This document shows, one piece after another, positions 25,398 through 30,254 of a stretch of DNA of 30,254 bases. How positions within the stretch are numbered: position 1 is the first letter of the stretch; each line of letters opens with the position of its first letter. This DNA comes from a virus (taxonomy: Duplodnaviria > Caudoviricetes). The DNA lies in the IMG/VR virus record IMGVR_UViG_3300043543_000076, positions 1 to 30,254 of that record. The stretch is one strand, 5' to 3'. Position numbers and translations under genes: made by a program. The notes under the pieces are model-generated. The model did no database searches and had not been told where the DNA came from. It worked only from the letters and a program-made list of their open reading frames with translations.

Positions 25398-25914
25398 AGT
25401 GCCTTCCGTTGTTTCTACACATTTTTTCTTTGTCTTTGGGATCAATATACCAATAACCACAAAACTCGCAACGCAACAATCGTGGACGTAACGTTAGGTC
25501 TTTTATACCTGTTGTAATTTTTTTTATTTCTACCTGCAGCTGTTCTGATCCCCAATCATTTTGATCTGCTTTTTCTAGCCACTCTTTCGCGTTTGGTTGT
25601 GCTGCAACGGCTCGGAAGTGTGTCCAAGAAAGTTTTTTATACTCTTCTCTCATCTCAACAGGGATTTTTCTCGCAACCTCTCTATAACGATCAATAGATG
25701 ATTTAGGTATCCCGACTTTCGTCGCAAAATCCTCAAGACCAGGATAGCCAAACTTTTGATGGATTACCGCTGCAATGTCTCCAATAATCCACCTTGCTTC
25801 GTCGTATGCCTCTCTTGCCGTCATGCCCAATGAAAGAAGGGCCTCATAGTCAAGCTGGTAGAGATTTATATTAGTCCCTATAGCGATGGGGTTAATTTCC
25901 TGTTTTTGTTCCAT
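25381..25914 (-). CDS. Putative HTH DNA-binding protein with a C-terminal Cys cluster
   Basis: WIIGD...FATKVGIPKSSIDRYREVA...LSWTHFRAVA...WLEKA, then CEFC...C. Confidence 0.55.
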   Translation of the reverse strand: MEQKQEINPIAIGTNINLYQLDYEALLSLGMTAREAYDEARWIIGDIAAVIHQKFGYPGLEDFATKVGIPKSSIDRYREVARKIPVEMREEYKKLSWTHFRAVAAQPNAKEWLEKADQNDWGSEQLQVEIKKITTGIKDLTLRPRLLRCEFCGYWYIDPKDKEKMCRNNGRHYERKS

Positions 25915-25926
25915 ATTTCCTTTCCT

Positions 25927-25999
25927 CTAGCCCAACCTCCCACCTCAATAATGCGGTTTCGTACGTTGCTGCATTAAGGCAGGTGGGAAGTTGGGTTAG
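25927..25999. repeat. Long inverted repeat / extended hairpin
   Basis: CTAGCCCAACCTCCCACCT (25927-25945) and AGGTGGGAAGTTGGGTTAG (25981-25999) are 17/19 complementary, with an inner stem TAATGCGG/CTGCATTA. Confidence 0.75.
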
Positions 26000-26370
26000 A
26001 CAAACACACTTCCTGTTTCTCTGCACGCCTTTTTATATAATCCGTATATTGGTTTTTGCATAAACTCGTTTGGGTCTGTTCCTTGCGGTTTTTCAATAGG
26101 AGCGTGATTTTCTCTGTACAGACGACTAATGCGTTTAATTTGAGCGACTTTGCTGTATTTCTTTTCTCTAAATGCTTTTTTCATCATTTCAAATAATTGT
26201 GCTGGTTTAGAACTTTGGCACACTTCATAATACCTGTTCCATTGATACCACATTTTTCGTTTTTCAACATCAGGTAAAGCAAGCCACGCAAGATATATCC
26301 GTATTTCATCCGTTCCTTCTAGTTTGTTTTTTATTGCGTACCAATCAACAGATTTTTCTTTTTTTTTCAT
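25996..26370 (-). CDS. Hypothetical protein
   Basis: 124 aa, ATGA overlap with the DnaC-like gene, GGAGG RBS. Confidence 0.7.
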   Translation of the reverse strand: MKKKEKSVDWYAIKNKLEGTDEIRIYLAWLALPDVEKRKMWYQWNRYYEVCQSSKPAQLFEMMKKAFREKKYSKVAQIKRISRLYRENHAPIEKPQGTDPNEFMQKPIYGLYKKACRETGSVFV

Positions 26371-27017
26371 ACAAGCCTCCCTCGTTTGTCTTCACCGTCA
26401 AGTTTTATAATCTGACACATTTCCAAAATCCGAGAAGCCACCCTGTCCCCGATGGCCTGTGCGACCTCGCCAAGAGTTTTATTGCTTGTAATAATGAGCT
26501 TTCCACCGTTTTCATACCTAGTGTTGATAAGAACATATAGCATTTCCAGCACCCACTCTGTGGGTTTTTCTGTTCCTATGTCGTCAAGCACTACATACTC
26601 ATATCGGTTAATTTCTTCCAAAAACTCTTCTATGTCTTGCTCTGCGTCATCGTTATAAAGTGATCGCATGTAAATAAGCAAGCGGGGCATGTTGTAAAAT
26701 TTGACAAGTTTTGGATTATACGCCTCTTCGTGTTTTCCAGTATTGATATACGACCCGTTTGACATTTCATAGTTATCTCTAAACACTTTTATTTTTTTAG
26801 CTTCTAAAAGATCACCCGCAAGATCAACCGCAAGCTGTGTTTTTCCTGTGCCAACTTTTCCAAAAATGAACACTCCCCGAACATCAAGAGTTTGTAAAAT
26901 TGCCTTGTAGTCAAGTCGATAATCCTGTTTATTTGTCTGTTTTAGGTATCGCTGTGGAACACCAATAGACAAAAGAGCTGATTGCGTTGGGTTAAGCGTA
27001 CTAGTTAAATTTGTCAT
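26367..27017 (-). CDS. DnaC/IstB-like AAA+ helicase loader
   Basis: GKVGTGKT, VVLDDIGTEK, LINTRYE, IITSN, DRVASRI..M. The ATG at 27017 has GGAGG upstream (ORF track starts at 27119). Confidence 0.9.
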   Translation of the reverse strand: MTNLTSTLNPTQSALLSIGVPQRYLKQTNKQDYRLDYKAILQTLDVRGVFIFGKVGTGKTQLAVDLAGDLLEAKKIKVFRDNYEMSNGSYINTGKHEEAYNPKLVKFYNMPRLLIYMRSLYNDDAEQDIEEFLEEINRYEYVVLDDIGTEKPTEWVLEMLYVLINTRYENGGKLIITSNKTLGEVAQAIGDRVASRILEMCQIIKLDGEDKRGRLV

Positions 27018-27723
27018 ATTTAGAAAAATCCTCCCCCTCAAACCGCTTTTGTGTTGGTTTTGAAAACGACTTATTTTTGAAGTTTTGACTACAAACAGTC
27101 CAATCCTTAAAACGCTCAAATCCTCTCGTAAGAAACTCTACCGCTGTCCATTTGTGTTTCCAGTAGTACTCTGGCGAGTTCAGTATTTTTGCGTAATTTT
27201 TCATCGCTAACATAATATCTTCTTGTTTATATCCCTCTTTGATTAAACCGTTTATTGCCCTCTTAAACTGTTCGTATGTTTTTCCTTGACTTGTGTGTTT
27301 TATTATCCCCAAAGAGTTCCAAAGTTCAAAAACCGCAGTATATGTATTACTAATCTCTTTATCTAATATACTCTCTATATCTATGGTGTCATTTTTGACA
27401 TGGGGGGTGGTGTCATTTTTGACATGGGGTGGTGTCATTTTTGACATGGGGGTAGTAATAGAAATATGTCTGCTAACAAACTCTTTTTTTTCGTTTGTAA
27501 CAATTTCAATGTTTATAAAACCAGCTTTTTTCAGCTCCACCAAAGCACGCTGCAACGACCTAAGCATAAGACCGGTCCCCAAACATAAATACTCGTTTGA
27601 GGCGTAACAGTATCCGTCTTTTTGACTTAACGCATAGATCCTTCCATACAAATACTTTGCCTTAATAGAGATGTTTGACCCAGCCACAAGCGGCGGTATA
27701 ATTACCCAATAATTTTGTTCCAT
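27001..27723 (-). CDS. Replication initiator (N-terminal winged HTH)
   Basis: AKYLYGRIYALSQKDGYCYASNEYL...RSLQRALVELKKAGFI, internal iterons, upstream of the DnaC-like gene. Confidence 0.85.
   Translation of the reverse strand: MEQNYWVIIPPLVAGSNISIKAKYLYGRIYALSQKDGYCYASNEYLCLGTGLMLRSLQRALVELKKAGFINIEIVTNEKKEFVSRHISITTPMSKMTPPHVKNDTTPHVKNDTIDIESILDKEISNTYTAVFELWNSLGIIKHTSQGKTYEQFKRAINGLIKEGYKQEDIMLAMKNYAKILNSPEYYWKHKWTAVEFLTRGFERFKDWTVCSQNFKNKSFSKPTQKRFEGEDFSKYDKFN
27384..27451. repeat. Three 22-bp iterons, probable replication origin
   Basis: TGGTGTCATTTTTGACATGGGG at 27384, 27408 and 27430. Each contains the TGTCA-N4-TGACA dyad, next to an AT-rich stretch. Confidence 0.85.
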
Positions 27724-27732
27724 ACATCCTCC

Positions 27733-28005
27733 TTATTTTGAACCGTACATGCGGTCTTTTATTTCTCGAAACGCTTTGTATAACGAGCGAGCGTCAACCA
27801 TAATTTCATTTTTCCAGTAACGATCCACGTCAGCGCGGATTTTATCGTGTCCATTGGTGTCAATGTTGGGATCTGAAAAAACGAAGAAAAATGTTTTTTT
27901 GCCCTCCTCCTCGGTTTCTTGAAGTTCGTCAATAGTATAACCAAGACAAAGAAGCGTAGAAGCTAAATAAATATCTTTAGTTTTGTAGCCTGTTTTCATA
28001 TACAT
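27733..28005 (-). CDS. DUF5659-like protein
   Basis: YKTKDIYLASTLLCLGY...FFFVF...YW...V.....AFREIKDRMY. The ATG at 28005 follows GGAGGTGA (ORF track starts at 28044). Confidence 0.65.
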   Translation of the reverse strand: MYMKTGYKTKDIYLASTLLCLGYTIDELQETEEEGKKTFFFVFSDPNIDTNGHDKIRADVDRYWKNEIMVDARSLYKAFREIKDRMYGSK

Positions 28006-28040
28006 ATCACCTCCTATTTTATGATATTTTATTATATATT

Positions 28041-28700
28041 TCAATACTTACTTCGATTGCCTTCACATATATCGTAGTAGTGCCAATTGCGATAGCTGGG
28101 TTCAAATTTCTCGTTTTTTATCCCCTCTATGATCTTGTTTACCCGATCAAACCACAGGACGTATGCGTTAAAATCAACATAACTATCACAGATAACAAGT
28201 TTCGGTACTTTGTTTTTTACAAATAAATTAAACCGTATACCTTTAGCGTCTTTTTTGTAGGTACGCCAAAACCAATACGCATACGCATTGATTTGAAAGT
28301 GGTTATCTACTTTTGCTTGCGTATACATAGATTTTGCTGTTTTGTGGTCAATAACCGTATCATCTCTTAAAAGATCAATCTTTCCGCGCATAATAAAACC
28401 GGTGTCTTTTTTTGTAGACGGATCAATTATCGGGATAGTAAAACTAAACTCGCACAAATCGTAGTCTTTTGGAGCATTATAAATAACGGTGTACTGGTCA
28501 AACATATCTTTAACGTAATAATCCATAGGAGGTATAGCAATGCCCTTGTGGTAGTGTTCGATTGCTTTATGCAGTAAAGCCCCCATCTCCGCCTCTGGGC
28601 TTGGCGGCTGTTGAAGCCCCATTATTGCTGAGTAGTAAAAACACCTAGGACACCACTCATACATTTCATATTGGGTAACACGGAACGATTTTTGTTTCAT
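28041..28700 (-). CDS. Cas4/RecB-like PD-(D/E)XK exonuclease
   Basis: CPRCFYY...GALLHKAIE...E..F...RGKIDL...IDHKT...QINAY. Confidence 0.88.
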   Translation of the reverse strand: MKQKSFRVTQYEMYEWCPRCFYYSAIMGLQQPPSPEAEMGALLHKAIEHYHKGIAIPPMDYYVKDMFDQYTVIYNAPKDYDLCEFSFTIPIIDPSTKKDTGFIMRGKIDLLRDDTVIDHKTAKSMYTQAKVDNHFQINAYAYWFWRTYKKDAKGIRFNLFVKNKVPKLVICDSYVDFNAYVLWFDRVNKIIEGIKNEKFEPSYRNWHYYDICEGNRSKY

Positions 28701-28748
28701 ATAACCTCCCTGCCGACCCCGAACAAATCGGGATCAACGGCAGGTTAT
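28701..28748 (-). promoter_or_regulatory. GC-rich hairpin between a stop codon and the next RBS
   Basis: CCTGCCG/CGGCAGG with inner CCCGA/TCGGG. ATAACCT/AGGTTAT offers an alternative pairing over the SD. There is no U tract. Confidence 0.55.
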
Positions 28749-29488
28749 TTGCTCTGCAAAGCAGACAGTTTTTTTGCTACAGCTTGTCGAAACAAATACA
28801 TTTCTTTTCCAGAAAGTTTTTTGTTTTGAGCATTTTCTGTTATCACTAGTCCCTCATAAGACTTTAACGCTTGTGGGTTTTTGAAGCCAAGTATTTTTTC
28901 AAAATATGGCTTTAACACCCCTGCTTCATTTTCCGTAGGAACAGCAATCTCTTTTGGCGCTGACAGCTCTAACACATTTCCTTTTTTTAAGAACTGCGCA
29001 ATCATTTGCTTAATAAAAGTTACAGGCAAAAGCTCTTGCATAGCGTTGCGTTTTGCCTTTGAAGCTCCCTGCTCAAACCAAAATGTGTTTTGAACAATTG
29101 CTCCCTTCGCTTTCATTTTTCGCCACTGAGACTTAAACCCAATAGCTGTTCTACCAGTTCGCAACTCTTTAGCATACGCAGTAAAAAGAACATACTCTTT
29201 GTCTTCTGGATCTGGTTGAAACTCAACTTTTTCAATAACAATAACGTCTTTTTCTTTTCGTGCAAGTTGATACGCTGTTTCCTTTGTTCCCACCCAAGAA
29301 AGACCAGTTATTTCTTTTCCGTTGCTGTCTCTGAAGCGATATACCAATTGTTCTGCTACCTCTGCCGGCATGCCTTGTGCTTCTGCAATGATTTGAGCCT
29401 CGTCAGCCTTATCCATTAACTGAAACGCAAGACTTTTTGTGTCTCTTTCTTCTGTTGGTTGTATTATTTTTACTCGTGATTTAGGCAT
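28745..29488 (-). CDS. Putative ssDNA annealing / recombination protein
   Basis: 247 aa, adjacent to the exonuclease. LVYRF...GLSWVG...ASKAKRNAM.LLP resembles Rad52/Sak-type annealases. Largely a context inference. Confidence 0.5.
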   Translation of the reverse strand: MPKSRVKIIQPTEERDTKSLAFQLMDKADEAQIIAEAQGMPAEVAEQLVYRFRDSNGKEITGLSWVGTKETAYQLARKEKDVIVIEKVEFQPDPEDKEYVLFTAYAKELRTGRTAIGFKSQWRKMKAKGAIVQNTFWFEQGASKAKRNAMQELLPVTFIKQMIAQFLKKGNVLELSAPKEIAVPTENEAGVLKPYFEKILGFKNPQALKSYEGLVITENAQNKKLSGKEMYLFRQAVAKKLSALQSK

Positions 29489-29705
29489 GTTTACTCACCT
29501 CCTTTCGTATAGATGAAACTATTTGTGGATTTGTGGGATCGTGAAGAACTAGCTTAATATGAGAGCACTGAACGTGCTTGAAGAGAAACGCTGGACAACT
29601 ACACTTGATCTGATTTGTGGTTTTGTTTTGCCAAACAGCGTACTGTTTTAGCGGATCAGTGTTAGACTGAACCGCATATATTACGATTTCATTTTTCATA
29701 TACAT
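29481..29705 (-). CDS. SWIM zinc-finger protein
   Basis: V.S.....Y.V......CSCPAF.....CSHI. Confidence 0.8.
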   Translation of the reverse strand: MYMKNEIVIYAVQSNTDPLKQYAVWQNKTTNQIKCSCPAFLFKHVQCSHIKLVLHDPTNPQIVSSIRKEVSKHA

Positions 29706-29714
29706 ATAAACGAC

Positions 29715-29939
29715 TTACGTCGCATTAAACCGCAGTATTTCCGAACCTTTTACCCGAAAATATGCCATACCTTTCATACCAGTAGCGTAATTTTGAGCAC
29801 GAAGTTTACCTGCTCTGATTAAGCGTAATATGAAATTGTAGTGCGACAGGTAATGATTGCCGGTTGATGTAATCCATCCGTTTCGTGCTATTTCTTTAGG
29901 CACATAAAACTTATCAGGATCTATAGTTTTAGTACTCAT
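29715..29939 (-). CDS. Putative excisionase-like / HTH DNA-binding protein
   Basis: FYVPKEIA...ILRLIRAGKLRA...YFRVKGSEILRF. Confidence 0.6.
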   Translation of the reverse strand: MSTKTIDPDKFYVPKEIARNGWITSTGNHYLSHYNFILRLIRAGKLRAQNYATGMKGMAYFRVKGSEILRFNAT

Positions 29940-29948
29940 AATTATTAT

Positions 29949-29977
29949 ATGTTATCACAGTTCGTTATATATTTCAA
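29949..29977 (-). promoter_or_regulatory. Putative early promoter
   Basis: TTGAAA, 17-nt spacer, TG-n-TAACAT, 9 nt upstream of the ATG at 29939, which has no SD. Confidence 0.45.
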
Positions 29978-30198
29978 TTAGTTTTGCTTGACAACGTATC
30001 TTCTAAATACATTGAAATAGCCAAGGTGATAATAGATGAAAGAGCCGTAGTGATTTTTTCTTTATTTCCCGACTCTAACAACTCTTTGTTTGAGTCATAA
30101 AATGCATAAGCAATAAAAATCGCTTGTTTTCCCCAAGCCCTTATCACAAACTCGCTTACTTTATCTATGTTTTTATACTTTTTTTGATAATCACTCAT
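29974..30198 (-). CDS. Hypothetical protein
   Basis: 74 aa with an AGAGGA RBS. Confidence 0.6.
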   Translation of the reverse strand: MSDYQKKYKNIDKVSEFVIRAWGKQAIFIAYAFYDSNKELLESGNKEKITTALSSIITLAISMYLEDTLSSKTN

Positions 30199-30254
30199 AA
30201 CATCCTCTATTGTGCCGTTTATTTTTTTTCTTTAAGCACATTTTTTTTATTATT

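Noticed and set aside
27384-27451. 22-bp repeats as a mini-CRISPR
   Set aside because: Spacing is only 0-2 bp and they lie inside the initiator gene, which fits iterons.
28041-28700. Cas4-like gene as part of a CRISPR-Cas system
   Set aside because: There are no other cas genes or array, and standalone Cas4-like exonucleases are common in phage recombination modules.
25927-28748. Hairpins at 25927 and 28709 as intrinsic terminators
   Set aside because: Neither has a U tract on the coding strand, and each is followed directly by an SD and a start codon.
416-29419. All plus-strand ORFs in the track, and short minus-strand ORFs nested in other frames (e.g. 153-344, 1886-2146, 16008-16391, 16563-16940)
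   Set aside because: They are shadows of longer, motif-bearing minus-strand genes, with no recognisable motifs of their own.
1-30254. Transposable (Mu-type) phage or alternative genetic code
   Set aside because: The head genes are Mu-like, but replication is initiator/DnaC type with no transposase seen. Genes are intact in the standard code and end with TAA, TAG and TGA.

Overview
About 30 kb of a tailed dsDNA phage or prophage with a long non-contractile tail and Mu-like head genes. Every credible gene is on the minus strand. In transcription order (right to left): (1) early recombination and replication genes: HTH protein, SWIM protein, putative annealing protein, Cas4-like exonuclease, an initiator with three 22-bp iterons, and a DnaC-like loader; (2) many small accessory genes, SSB and a metallophosphoesterase; (3) a candidate DNA-modification cassette: a non-canonical tRNA-Gly(ACC)-like RNA, a protein fusing an aberrant adenine-methyltransferase fold to a GNAT-like region, and a ParB-N protein; (4) terminases, a DUF935-type portal, MuF fused to an ADP-ribosyltransferase with a small coupled gene behind it, protease/scaffold and capsid genes; (5) a fibre/decoration block including an 18-aa-repeat protein; (6) neck genes, tail tube, a frameshifted tail chaperone pair and the 5' part of the tape measure gene. 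The most interesting element is the tRNA-like RNA plus MTase/GNAT plus ParB cassette, which may be an aminoacyl-tRNA-dependent DNA hypermodification system with its own glycyl donor RNA. All family assignments come from motif recognition by eye, not from database searches.
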